DNA of 64,000 nucleotides from an uncultured Actinomycetes bacterium (lineage in GTDB: Bacteria > Actinomycetota > Coriobacteriia > Anaerosomatales > CAWKMJ01): positions 931,578-995,577 of the forward strand of contig CAWKMJ010000001.1 of assembly GCA_963850695.1 (NCBI GenBank), read 5' to 3'. Shown here in pieces: positions 39,710 to 50,655 of this stretch. The position numbers and the translations under genes are program-made. Below the pieces are notes generated by a model, which saw nothing but the letters and a program-made list of their open reading frames with translations, had not been told where the DNA came from and did no database searches. Positions within the stretch are counted from its first letter, which is position 1; each line of letters starts with the position of its first letter.

Positions 39710-42283
39710 CTAGTTCACGATCGCCCGGATCTCGTCGACCACGTTCTCGGTCACCGACTTGGGTCCGCCGAAGACCTGGACCTGCACGACGGTGCCCTTC
39801 GCCTTGGTGAGCACCGAGCGTGTGGCATTCGGCAGCGTGTCGGTCTGTGTGAGCGTCATGACGCCACCGTGGATGCCGACGGCGGGTCCGCCACAGAGCG
39901 AATCTGCGAACTTCTCGTCCGCCCCGTTGGAGACCCCCACGTACCCGTACGTGCTGATGCCGCTCGTGACCCCGTACTCGGCCACTCGTGCAGCGGTCAC
40001 GTAGCGGTCGGCTCCCCACACACGCATGATCGGGGTGCCCGCCATGGCGGACATGGCGCTCAGGGTCGCATCGGTCACGGTCACCGGACCTCCGGCGAGC
40101 ACGGCCTCCTCGATGATGTCGGCTCTGAGTGCTGACTGCGTCGGTCCCGGTACGACGTCTCTGCGTGTGAGGATCAGCGGTGCCTTGGCCTGATAGACCA
40201 CCGGGCTCAGTGACAGCGCGTCTGCCCCGATCTCGCCGCTTGCGAGGAAGGCACGCCCATCGTCGTGACCGAAGGCACGGACTCGCTCGGCGATCGCTGC
40301 CGAGACGACGTAGCGGTCGCTTCCCGCCGATGCGCTCGACGGTGAGCCCCAGGTCGTCTCGCAGATGCGTCTCGATCGAGGGGGCCACCGAGTAGGGACC
40401 TCCCACGATGATGACCTTGCTCGCCTTCGAGCCGCACGATCTCAGCCTCCACGTTGGCCGGCAGGCGGTCTTGGAGCGTGACGAGGATCGGTGCCTCGAG
40501 ACATCCGGCGAGCCCTGAGGCCGACAGCGCATCGGCATAGGTCCAGCCGGTGGCGAGGATGACCTCGTCTGATGAGTCGAAGTTGGCTCTCGAGGCATCG
40601 ACTGCCACCGCGTAGCGGTCGCGCCCTCCTCGGCGGACGATCTCTGTGTAGATGACGAACGGCACGCTGTGGGCCACTTCGATGTTGCCTGCGTGGTCGA
40701 CCGACCAGTACTGCAGCGTGTAGCTCCCGCCGCCGCTCACAGTGATCGGAGCGGTGTAGGTGGCAACGGCGCCACCATTGAGGCGGTAGTAGGTGGCAGC
40801 GACGCCTGAACCGCCGGTATCGGTGGCGACGAGCGAGATCAGGGCCTCGCCGATGTAGGGCGAGGCGACGTCATCGGTCGTCGTCGGGGGTGTGGTATCG
40901 CCGAGGTAGTCGTGGACGAAGACGTCGCGGAACCCGTTGGTGTCTCCCGCGACCAGCGTGGTGGCGAGCGAGCCGAACGCGACATGACGACCGTCGTCGG
41001 AGATCGAGGGTGAGCCGCTGTTGTTGTTGCCCTGGGTGCCGTCGGTCGCCAGGCTCACGCGCACGGTGGTACTCGTCTCGCGGTCTCGAACGAAGATATC
41101 CGCAGCGCCGTTGGTGTCCCCTGCCACCAGCGTGGTGGCCTTCGATCTGAACGCCACATAGCGACCTGCGTAGGAGAGTGAAGGTGCACCACTCAAGTTG
41201 AATGCCTGAGCACCACCGCTGGTGAGGTTCACGCGCTCGGTCGTGCCTGTGCTGAGATCGCGGACGAAGACATCGCGGAAGCCGTTGGTGTCATCGGCGA
41301 ACGAGGGTCGTGGCCACAGACCGGAAGGCCACGTAGCGCCCGTCGGCAGAGATCGCCGGGTACTCGCTCGCGCCGAACGCCTGCCCACCGCCGCTGGCCA
41401 CACTCGCGCGCACGGTGGAGCTGGCCTCGCGGTCGCGCACGAAGATGTCCCACACGCCATTGGTGTCGCCCGCCACGAGATCGGTGGCTGCGGAATGGTA
41501 GGTCACGCGTTGGCCATCTGCGGAGATGGCGACAGCCGAGCTCCAGCCGTTCGCTTGCGAACCATCGCTTGCCACGCTCACGCGCTCGGTCGCGCCGGTC
41601 TGGCGATCGTGGACGAAGACGTCGCGCACCCCGTTCGTGTCGCCTGCCACGAGCGTGGTGGCCTCGGACACGAACGCCACATAGCGGCCGTCATCGGATA
41701 TCGCCGGATACAGACTGTCACCTGCTGCAGTCTGCGTGCCGCTGGTCGTCACGCTCACGCGCACGGTGGTGCTGGTCTCGCGGTCGCGGACGAAGATGTC
41801 GGCAGCGCCGTTCGTGTCACCCGCCACGAGCGTGGTGGCGTAGGAGTGGAACGCCACGTAGCGACCGTCGCCGGAGATGGACGGATCGGTGCTCGCACCG
41901 CCAGCCTGCCCGCCATCGCTGGCCACGCTCACGCGCTCGGTCATGCCAGTCTGGCGGTCGTGGACGAAGCAGTCCTCAACACCGTTCGTGTCACCGGGCA
42001 CGAGATCGACCGAGGCCGAGAAGAAGGTCACATACATGCCATCGGCCGAGATGATCGGGGCATCGCTGTCTCCGCCTGTGGCCTGCGAGCCATTGCTGGC
42101 CACACTGACGCGCGCGGTGTCCCCGGCGGCGGCATGGGAGTACATCGGGATGACCAGAGCGGCGACGGCCACACACGCAAAGACCAGCCACGCCAGCCGG
42201 AATCGCCCGGATGGGGCCAGCCGTCCAGACACGACGTTCCGCAGCGCGTGATCGCTCATCCGAGCCGAGCGCATGTCGAACAT
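39710..42283 (-). pseudogene. surface protein: signal peptide + 7-bladed PD40/TolB-like beta-propeller + Ig-like module + 3 CWB2 repeats; several frame breaks
   Basis: Fragments 41291..42283, 40207..41460, 39225..40598 and 39710..40201. Seven units of RVSV.S.G.Q.......P.IS.DGRYVAF.S.ATTLVAGDTNG..D(I/V)FV(R/H)D. Ig-like module TTPPTTTDDVASPY..YTLQYWSVDHAGNIE. CWB2 repeats GRDRYAVAV.., GSDRYVVSA.., GADRYVTAA... Confidence 0.8.
40905..42115 (-). repeat. tandem coding repeats, about 132 nt (44 aa) x 7 (PD40 blades)
   Basis: Blades share long identical stretches. For example, ATTLVAGDTNGAADIFVRDRETSTTVRVS occurs twice verbatim. Confidence 0.75.
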
Positions 42284-42377
42284 CTCCTCGGGGTCACCTG
42301 ACAGCTGTCACCATTGTAGCGGCATAGGGTGCCATCCCGCCGTGCTGGCCCGGCATCGAGCTCCGTGACAGCGGCCC

Positions 42378-43755
42378 CTACGCCTGCTGCGTCGCCGGCT
42401 GCGGCGCCTTGCCTGCCGCGCTGCCCTTCATGATCTCGGCAACGATCGCGCCATCATTCATCGCCACGCCGAACAGCACGAGCAGCAGGCCCACCGAGTA
42501 CAGGTCCGACGAGCCGAGCAGCAGGAACGCGATGGCCACGATGTAGGTGATCGCCACGATCCATGGAGCCCACGGCGCGCGCTTGAGGGTCACCTTGTCG
42601 CCCACCGGCGTCACTTCCGACGTCCTTCCGGTGACGAAGCCGAGCGCCCCGCCAAGAACAGCGAACACGACGGCCCACAGTATGTTGATGGGCACGCCGC
42701 CCACCAGCAGCATCACGACGAAGACGCCGATAGCCCAGACTCCCCTGAACGCCTGCTTGGCGGGGCTATAGAAGCGTCGGCGCGTCTGCTGGCGAGCCGC
42801 CAGGAGCTCGAGGATCGCCATGACCAGCAGTGCTCCGATGAGGATTGCCTGGATCGTGCCTTCACTCATCGCCGCCACCCCCTTCTCCAGCCGAAGACCC
42901 GCCGCTACTCGGCCCGCCTCCCGCATCGCCTGCCGAGGTGCTGACATCGCCCAACGCGTCGCGAGCGTCAGCGAACGAGGAACCGGCGCTGGCAGGTCAC
43001 CCGCAGCGACGGTGTCCTGCCCCGCTCTCAGCATCTCGCCGAGACGTGTCTTGCTGATGGGCTTGCCGCCGACTATCAGCTCGAGGAGAAGCTGGGCGGC
43101 GATCAGCGCCCCGACTGTGCCGACGACCGTCGCCTTGGTGTTGGTGCCCACCGGCGGGAGCTCTCCGTCCGTACCTGCGCTCAGCGCAACAACGGCATCC
43201 GGCGCCTTGATCGTCTCTTCGTCACCGGCGGTCTCTGCGGGCTCCTGCTCGCCCGCGTCGTTGATCAGTGCCGTCGAGACCTGCGTGTCGGTCGCTCCTG
43301 AGACTCGGGCACCGCCAAAGGTGGCCGAACCGGTCTTGCTCGAAGAACGTCCCGGTGCCCGAGCCGCCGATCTCGTACCCGTCACCCTTCTTGGTGATGG
43401 TGGCCGCGCCCGACCCGCTTCCCAAAACGGGAATCCAGACCGAGCCACTCACCAGGTACTCGGTGTCGCTCACCTGCTCGACAGGGAAGCTCCAGCTGAG
43501 CGCCTTGCCGATCTTGGGTACGACACCCCTCACGGTGGCCTGGGTGCCTCGATCCCAAATGACGATCACGGCGGCGAACTTCTTCCCCGTGCCGGTCGAG
43601 CCACCGATCTCGTACGTTCCGGTGAAGTTGTTGGTGTCCGGCTCAGGCGCCTGATCGGCCTCCTCGGCCAGCGCAAGAGGCGCTATCGCGAGCAGCATCA
43701 GGACCGCCAGAAGACACGTCAGTAGAGTCCGCGCGAGGCGCGTTGACCGATTCAC
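42378..43755 (-). pseudogene. polytopic membrane protein with N-terminal exported domain, hypothetical; one frame break near 43330
   Basis: Signal peptide LLTCLLAVLMLLAIAPLALA (ORF 43222..43755) joins ORF 42378..43448, which has at least 4 TM helices. Confidence 0.55.
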
Positions 43756-43885
43756 GAGCTCCCCCCTCGTCTCGGTTTGGCTAGGTCATGTATACCCTTA
43801 GGCTGGCCGAGAAGGCCAGTCCGCGGGGAAGGATCGGGCGGGCGGCGGGTGGACCGACGCGAGCAGCCGACGATCGCTCGGGAGG

Positions 43886-44455
43886 TCAGCCGCCCTCCAT
43901 GGCGGGCGCGTCGGGCTTGTCGCCTCGGCCGCGCCTGAACCTGCGCACCAGCACGATGACGATGACGATGGCGGCCACACCGGCGAGCACCGGAACGACG
44001 ATAGCGAGAACGGAGAGCACGAGCGCCACTACGTCCTCGAGCGTGCTGAGCACCGGCGCCGCGACACCACCGGTCGCCGTGTTCGCGACCGGGCGCGCCG
44101 TGGCCTTCACGGCATGCACTCCTCCGGCGAGGAGCACGCCCGCGATGATGTAGATGATCGGACTCACGTAGCCATCCCCGACGTTGGCGGCGGCGAAGAG
44201 CAGACCGCCGGCCGCGGGCCTGAGGACCGTCTGGATAGCGTCGTTGACCGTGTCGACGGCCGGTACTTTGTCGGCCACCATCTCGATGATGAGGAGCACG
44301 GCGATCAGCGCGATCGCCCACCACTCGCCAAGGAGTGAGAAGGGCTCGGTGAGCTCGATCCAGCCCAGACGCTCAGCGATCGCGACCGTCAGGAGCGGGA
44401 TGTAGGCGTTGAGCCCAGCGGGGACCGCCAGGCCGATTCCGGCGAGGATATCCAT
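43886..44455 (-). CDS. DUF4126-family membrane protein
   Basis: ATG at 44455 (MDILAGIGLAVPAGLNAYIPLLTVAIAERLGWIELTEPF..EMVADKVPAVD..), inside the read-through ORF 43886..45139. Confidence 0.65.
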   Translation of the reverse strand: MDILAGIGLAVPAGLNAYIPLLTVAIAERLGWIELTEPFSLLGEWWAIALIAVLLIIEMVADKVPAVDTVNDAIQTVLRPAAGGLLFAAANVGDGYVSPIIYIIAGVLLAGGVHAVKATARPVANTATGGVAAPVLSTLEDVVALVLSVLAIVVPVLAGVAAIVIVIVLVRRFRRGRGDKPDAPAMEGG

Positions 44456-44462
44456 GCATCTC

Positions 44463-44468
44463 ATTATA
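44463..44468 (-). promoter_or_regulatory. candidate -10 box (TATAAT) 7 nt upstream of the DUF4126 ATG, possible leaderless transcript
   Basis: Minus strand: cacgaTATAATgagatgcATGgat. The spacing fits leaderless mRNAs common in high-GC Gram-positives. No -35 was evaluated. Confidence 0.3.
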
Positions 44469-44511
44469 TCGTGACGCTCTGAGCTGGGGTTTCGTCGCCG
44501 GCGCTCGGCGG

Positions 44512-46517
44512 TCAGGCTACCGGCGCATCCATGTCGAACTGCCAGCCGAAGTAGCTCTCGCTCCTGCACGCTGCCGGGGACGACACGCAGCCGCCCTGGG
44601 CCCGCCACATAGACCAGCGAGACGCCAGCGTATCTGTTCGCGTCACTGGCTACGGGGCGCAGGCGCATCCTCATCGTGGGGGGAGCGACGATCAAGGTGC
44701 CCTCGGCCAGCTTCATTGCGTCGATCCAGGAGGTACGGGCGGGCCGTTCGACGACTTCGAGCTTGGGCTTGTCCATGCTCACGCCAAGGGCCTCGAGCTG
44801 CTCCGTCGATGCCCCGATCACGCGGAGCATCACGCCAAGGTTCAGGGCTGTGGCACGCGCAACGTCGAGCGCCAGCACGGCGTCCTCGGCATCACCTTCG
44901 CCGTGCAGGAAGCCGCCGATGTCGAGCGCGAGCAGGACATCTGCGAACGTGTCGGTCCTGAAGACGCCGGCGGCGGCTGGGACGGCAAGACGGCGGCCGA
45001 GACGATCGGCCACGGTGCCAAACGCAAGATCGGTCGCCGCCAGTCGGTCATCCCACTGCATCATCACCATGGAGGCGGCCTGCTCTTGGACTGCCTTGAG
45101 GACGCCACTCGTGACCGAGACGACTGCCGAATCCTGCACTCAGCGTCTGCCCCCGCACACGCAGCCGCCTCTTCGGTCGCCTTGAGGAGCTCCTTGGCAG
45201 CTGACTGATCGAGCCGGCCGTCGGTGGTCGCGATGACCGCGGGATGCACGACCCCGTCGTCCATCAGCGCCACTGACTGGGCACCGTGATGAGGCCGCTG
45301 ACATCGCCCTGCGCTGCCACGGGAACCAGCACCGATTCGCCGAGAGTGGGCATACCGTGCTCGGGCAAGGGCACCTTCCGAGCGAAGGACTGCGTGACTA
45401 TGGCTCCCAGCAGCAGTGAGACAACCACGACGAGGACGGCTGCGTTGACGACATCGTCGCCGAAGAGACCGGCCTCGGAGCCCACGAGAACAGCCGCCAG
45501 CGTCGCGGCGGCCTGCGGCAAGGTCATGCCCAGCATGAGTCCGGACTCGGCCCAGGAGAAGTGCATCACTCGGCCACCTACGAGCTGCTGCCGCTGTCTT
45601 GCCGAGCACAGCACCAGCAGGAAGACCAGCGCCAGACTCAGCGTCGAGGCCTGGAACAGCAGGCCGGGGTCGATCTGCGTCCCGACATAGACAAGGAACG
45701 CTGGCACAAGCAGTGAGGCACCGAAGAACTCCACGCGCTCCATGAGAGCCCCGTGGTTGGGAACGACTCTGTTGAGACCCAGACCGGCAAGGAAGGCGCC
45801 GATAAGACCCTCGATCCCGAAGACCGTCGCAAGCGCTGCGGCCGAGGCCATCCCAAACAGGAGGAGGGCGAACCGCATCGAGCGCTCGCGGCCGATACCA
45901 GCAAAGAAGCGCTTGGCGACGATGGGCAGCAGCCAGAACGAGTAGAGCGGCCAGCGAGGGCAAGGCCGATGCCCAGAGTGAGCGTGACCGCCGCAAGGGA
46001 GCCACCATCTGCCGTGGCCACGGCGATCGCCAGAACGGTCAACGCAAGCGTGTCGGTGATGACGGTCGCCCCGCAGAGACCGTAACGACCCGGTGCCCGC
46101 CGAGACCGGCGACCTTCACATCGGGCAGCGTGACAAGCGTGTGCGAGGCCCAGATCGAGCCGATCAACATCGCCGAGACCAACGAGTAGTCGAGCCGCAG
46201 GCCTAGCGAAGGTGCCAAGAGCGAACGGGAATGCGAACGTCAGGAGCCCGAAGAGCACGGCCGCCCGTCTGATTCGCATCGAACTGAGCAAGATCGATCT
46301 CAAGCCCGGCCTGGAACATCAGGTACAACAACCCGATGGAGCCGAGCGTACCCATCGCGGCTTCGTCGAGAAGATTGAGCACGTAGGGCCCCGCGAGCAG
46401 ACCCACGAGAACGAGTCCAATCACTCCCGGCAGGCGGAACCGGGATACGAGCGTCGGACCCACCATGATGGCAAGCGCGACTACGGCAAGCGTCCACTCC
46501 ACTGCTCCGTGCTCCAT
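44512..46517 (-). pseudogene. CPA2-family cation:proton antiporter with C-terminal USP-like cytoplasmic domain; many frame breaks, 3' end uncertain
   Basis: ATG at 46517 follows GGAGG (MEHGAVEWTLAVVALAIMVGPTLVSRFRLPGVIGLVLVGLLAGP). Fragments 46203..46853, 45638..46303, 45264..45878, 45064..46008 and 43886..45139 (N-terminal half). End placed at an alternate-frame TGA at 44512-14. Confidence 0.6.
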
Positions 46518-46566
46518 GCGCAAGCCTCCGTGTCGATCTCCCGTTGCTGTCCCGCTCTGACTCGCG

Positions 46567-48851
46567 CTACCCCTCGCGCAGCTCCTCGGGCTGCCACTGG
46601 CCGCCCACGAGCCTCTCGAGCGTGTGTGCATGCGCCTCGCGCAGCATGTCGACGGCACATCCACCTTGCCCTGGATGGCGAGCATGTCGCCGCCGACCGT
46701 ACCGACCACGCCATAGGGCACCTGGTGCTCGTCGAGGATGTCGATGAATGCTTCGACATCGGTCTCGGCGACCGTAGCCACGATGCGGCTCTGCGTCTCG
46801 CTGAACAGCGCCGAGACCGGCAGGCAGCTCGTCGCCCAGATGCACGTCGGCACCGATGCCGCCCGCCACGCAACACTCGGCGAGCGTGACGCCGATGCCG
46901 CCCTCGGAGCAGTCGTGCGCCGACTTCACGAGGCCCGCGCGGATGCCGGTCGCGCACCGCGGACTGGACGTCACGCTCCAGCTCGAGGTCGAGTGCCGGC
47001 GGCCTGCCGGCGACGGCCCCGTGCACGACGCTGAGGTACTCGCTGCCGCCCAGCTCGTCGAGGGTCTCGCCCACGAGCACGACGACGTCGCCTTCGAGCT
47101 TGAACGCCACGGTCGCGTCGTCGTTGACGTCGTCGAGCGAGCCCGACGAGCCCGACCGTGGGCGTGGGGTAGATCGGCTGGCCGAAGCGACTCGTTGTAG
47201 AAGGAGACGTTGCCGCTGATGACCGGGATGTCCCACTCCTTGCACGCATCGGACATGCCGCGGATCGCCTCGTGGAAGGTCCAGAAGACCTCCGGCTTCT
47301 CGGGCGAGCCGAAGTTGAGGCAGTCGGTGATCGCCGCGGGCTCTCCGCCGACGCACGCGACGTTGCGCGCCGCCTCGGCAAGCGCGATCTGCGCTCCCAC
47401 GTACGGATCCAGGTAGCAGTAGCGCCCGTTGCAGTCGCTGGAGACCGCGATGCCGCGATCGGTCATCTCTCCTCGGCCGGTGTCGCCGATGCGCAGCACC
47501 GCCGCGTCCCCGCCGGGCAGCACGACGGTGTTGACCATGACCTGGTGGTCGTACTGGTCGTAGATCCACTGCCGCGAGCAGATGTTGGGGCTTGCGAGCA
47601 CGCGCAGCAGCGCCTCGGTGAGCTCGGCGACGGACTCGGGGTGCATGAGCGTCGCTCGGGTCGTACGCCTGCACCTTGTCCAGGTACGACGGGCGCTTCA
47701 TCTCCGGGTCGTACATGGGCGCGTCATCGGCGAGCGTCGCCGCCGGCATGTCGCCCACGATCGTCGTCGCCCTCGCGCACCACGAAGCGCCCGGTGTCGG
47801 TGACCTCGCCGATCACCGTGGAGAGCAGGCCCCACTTCTCGCAGATCGCCTGCGCCGCGTCGAGCTTCTCGGGCTCGACGACGGCGAGCATGCGCTCCTG
47901 GGACTCGGAGACCATGATCTCGAAGGCCTGCATCTCGTCCTCGCGCTGCGGGACCTTCGTGACACGTCGATCTCGAGGCCGACGCCGCCACGCGACGCCA
48001 TCTCGCTCGCACTCGACGTGAGTCCGGCAGCACCAAGATCACCGAGCGCCACGAGCAGCTTCCTATCGAGCAGCTCGAGGCACGCCTCGATGAGCAGCTT
48101 CTCCTCGAACGGGTCGCCCACCTGGACGCTGGGACGCTTGTCCTCGGCACGCTCGTCGAACTCCTGGCTGGCGAGCACGCTCGCACCGCCGATGCCGTCG
48201 CGGCCGGTCGTCGAGCCGATGAGCAGCACCTGGTTGCCCGGACCGCTCGCCGTCGCGCGCGTCAGGTTCTCCTCGCGCATGAGGCCGATGGCCATCGCGT
48301 TGATGAGGCAGTTGCCCTCGTAGGCCTCCTCGAAGTAGACCTCGCCGCCCACGGTGGGCACGCCGAGGCAGTTGCCGTAGCCGCCGATGCCGGCGACCGC
48401 GCCTTCGAACAGGTAGCGCTGCCGCGGCTTGTCGAGCGTGCCGAAGCGCAGCGAGTCCAGCGAGGCGATGGGCCGCGCGCCCATCGTGAAGATGTCGCGG
48501 ATGATGCCGCCCACGCCGGTCGCCGCGCCCTGATAGGGCTCGATGGCGCGAGGGATGGTTGTGCGACTCCATCTTGAACGCGACCGCCCAGCCGTCGCCC
48601 ACCGAGATGACGCCGGCGTTCTCGCCGGGGCCCTGGAGGACGTACTCGCCCTCGGTCGGGAACATGCGCAGCGCCTTGCGGGAGTGCTTGTAGCTGCAGT
48701 GCTCGCGACCACATGAGCGAGTACATGTAGAGCTCGGTCACGCTCGGCACGCGGCCGAGGATGCTCGACGATCTTCTCGTACTCGTCGAGCTTGAGGCCG
48801 AGTTCCTCGGCAAGCTGTGGGTGCGATCTCCGGCGTGAGCGTCTCGATCAT
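46567..48851 (-). pseudogene. purL: phosphoribosylformylglycinamidine synthase subunit PurL (FGAM synthase II); at least 6 frame breaks
   Basis: ATG at 48851 ([11 protein letters not shown]..). Motifs [74 protein letters not shown]. Spread over ORFs 48262..48813, 48063..48665, 47813..48712, 47724..47933, 46567..47646, 46203..46853 and others. Confidence 0.9.
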
Positions 48852-48864
48852 GTGATGGCGTCTC

Positions 48865-49226
48865 CTAGGAGTTCTCGGACGGGGCGACTGGCTGTCGCGA
48901 GCGAGCTCATCCTCGTCCGGCTTGGGATAGACGACCTTGAGCAGATAGGAGATCTGGAGGATCACCGCGACCGGCGTGAGCCGCAAGCACGATCCAGCGG
49001 TACTGGCTCGGCAGCACGTCCGCGGGATGATCGTCGCGACCATGGCCACGATGAAGCAGCATCTGCGGACCGGCCCAGAGCACCTTGGACGGTCGCTCGC
49101 GAGCGCTGTCGGCGCGAACGGAGCCGCCAGGCGTCGATCGAGACGAACGACCGCCATGAGCAGCGATGACGACACCGACGGATCGTTGATGAACCAGATG
49201 CCCGGCCCGGTGAGCTCGGCCTCCAC
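48865..49226 (-). pseudogene. small membrane protein, hypothetical, between purQ and purL (frame uncertain)
   Basis: ORF 48738..49226 (MEAELTGPGIWFINDPSVSSSLLMAVV..CCFIVAMVATIIP..LTPVAVILQISYLLKVVY). An alternate-frame TAG at 48865-67 lies inside taGGAG, upstream of the purL ATG. Weak. Confidence 0.3.
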
Positions 49227-49925
49227 TAGCCGGCCACCTCCGCGAGATACTGCGCGACCGAGGTGAAGAACGCCTGCCCGTCCGTGCCGCCCGTGACCGG
49301 ATCGACCGCGCGCTCGGGATGAGGCATGAGACCGAAGACGTTGCCGCGCTCGTTGCAGATGCCCGCGATGTCGTCGAAGGCTCCGTTGGGCGCCGAGCCG
49401 TCCTCGGCACGCTGTCCCGTGCAGTCGCTGTAGCGCAGGACGACCTGCCCGTTGGCGTTGAGCCGGGCGAGCGTCTCCTCGTCACAGATGAAGTTGCCCT
49501 CGTTGTGGTTGATGGGGATGCGCACCACCGTGTCCCGGCCGAGGTCGAGCCACTGGCAGACGTTCTCCTCGACGCGCAGCGTCACCTCTCGGCAGATGAA
49601 CTTGAGGGTGTTGTTGCGCAGCAGCGCGCCGGGCAGCAGATGCGCCTCGGCAAGGATCTGGAACCCGTTGCAGACGCCCATGACCGGACCGCCCGCCTCG
49701 GCGAAGCGGATGACCTCGTTCATGACCGGCGAGAAGCGCGCGACCGCGCCGCAGCGGATGTAGTCGCCGTAGCTGAAGCCGCCCGGCAGCACGAGCGCGT
49801 CGAAGCCGGCGAGGTCCGTGTCGCCGTGCCAGACGTACTCGGCCTCGAAGCCGAGGATGCCGGGCTGCATGGATGACGTCTTGCTCGCAGTTCGAGCCGG
49901 GGAAGATGACGACGCCGAAGCGCAT
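49226..49925 (-). pseudogene. purQ: phosphoribosylformylglycinamidine synthase glutaminase subunit PurQ; one frame break near 49870
   Basis: [17 protein letters not shown] (ORF 49482..49925, ATG after GGAGGAGG), then ORF 49226..49993 ([33 protein letters not shown]). Confidence 0.9.
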
Positions 49926-49928
49926 GCG

Positions 49929-50166
49929 CTACCTCCTCCACCGTCTCGATGCGGTAGTCCTCGATGACGGGGTTGGCCAGCAGCTTGTCGCACATCTCCT
50001 GCGACGGTCGCCGCGATCGACGTCGCCGGCGATGCTGGATGTACTTGCCGATGCGTACGCTCTCGACGCCCTCGTAGCCGAGGTTCTGCAGAGCGTTCTC
50101 GGCGGTCGCTCCGGGCGGGTCGAAGATGCCCTGCTTGTACGTCACGTAGATCTCGTAGCGCGCCAC
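49929..50166 (-). pseudogene. purS: phosphoribosylformylglycinamidine synthase subunit PurS (3' frame disturbed)
   Basis: [60 protein letters not shown]. The in-frame ORF runs on into purQ, and a TAG at 49929-31 is one nt out of frame. Confidence 0.7.
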
Positions 50167-50191
50167 GCCGCCGTCCCCTCTCGGTCAGTCC

Positions 50192-50650
50192 CTACGACTT
50201 CTTCTTCGCGTCCTTCTTCGAGGATGCCTCAGATGAGGCTTCTTCTTGCCGCCACCCTTGTCGAGCTCGGCCGCATACTCCTTGCGCATGCGCCGGATCT
50301 TGGTGACGTCGATGTAGACCGCCGCGAAGATGCACGTGTAAGCGGCCACGAGAGACAACGTGTTGATGGGCCCCGAGAGGTTGTTCTGCCCCCACCAGGC
50401 GCCGAGCGAGAAGACGAGCGCCGCGACGAGCAGGCCCAGCCAGATCCTGCGCCAGCATCTTGAACTCGGGCGTATCCGGCACGGGGAGCGGCTGGAAGAA
50501 CCGGCTCTTCTTCTTCTCTGGCGTCGACTCGAGGTATGATCCCGTGTCGCCCGACGCCCTCTTGGGCTTGGCCGAGGCCGCGCTCTTGCGCGTCTTCCCG
50601 ATCTCCTTGCCCTTCTGATAGCGCGGGTTCTGTGCGCTGCGTCGTGTCAT
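50192..50650 (-). pseudogene. small basic membrane protein, hypothetical, between purC and purS; one frame break
   Basis: ATG at 50650 ([31 protein letters not shown]..) in the frame of ORF 50192..51850. It joins [48 protein letters not shown].. in the 50229.. frame. Confidence 0.5.
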
Positions 50651-50655
50651 GTGGT

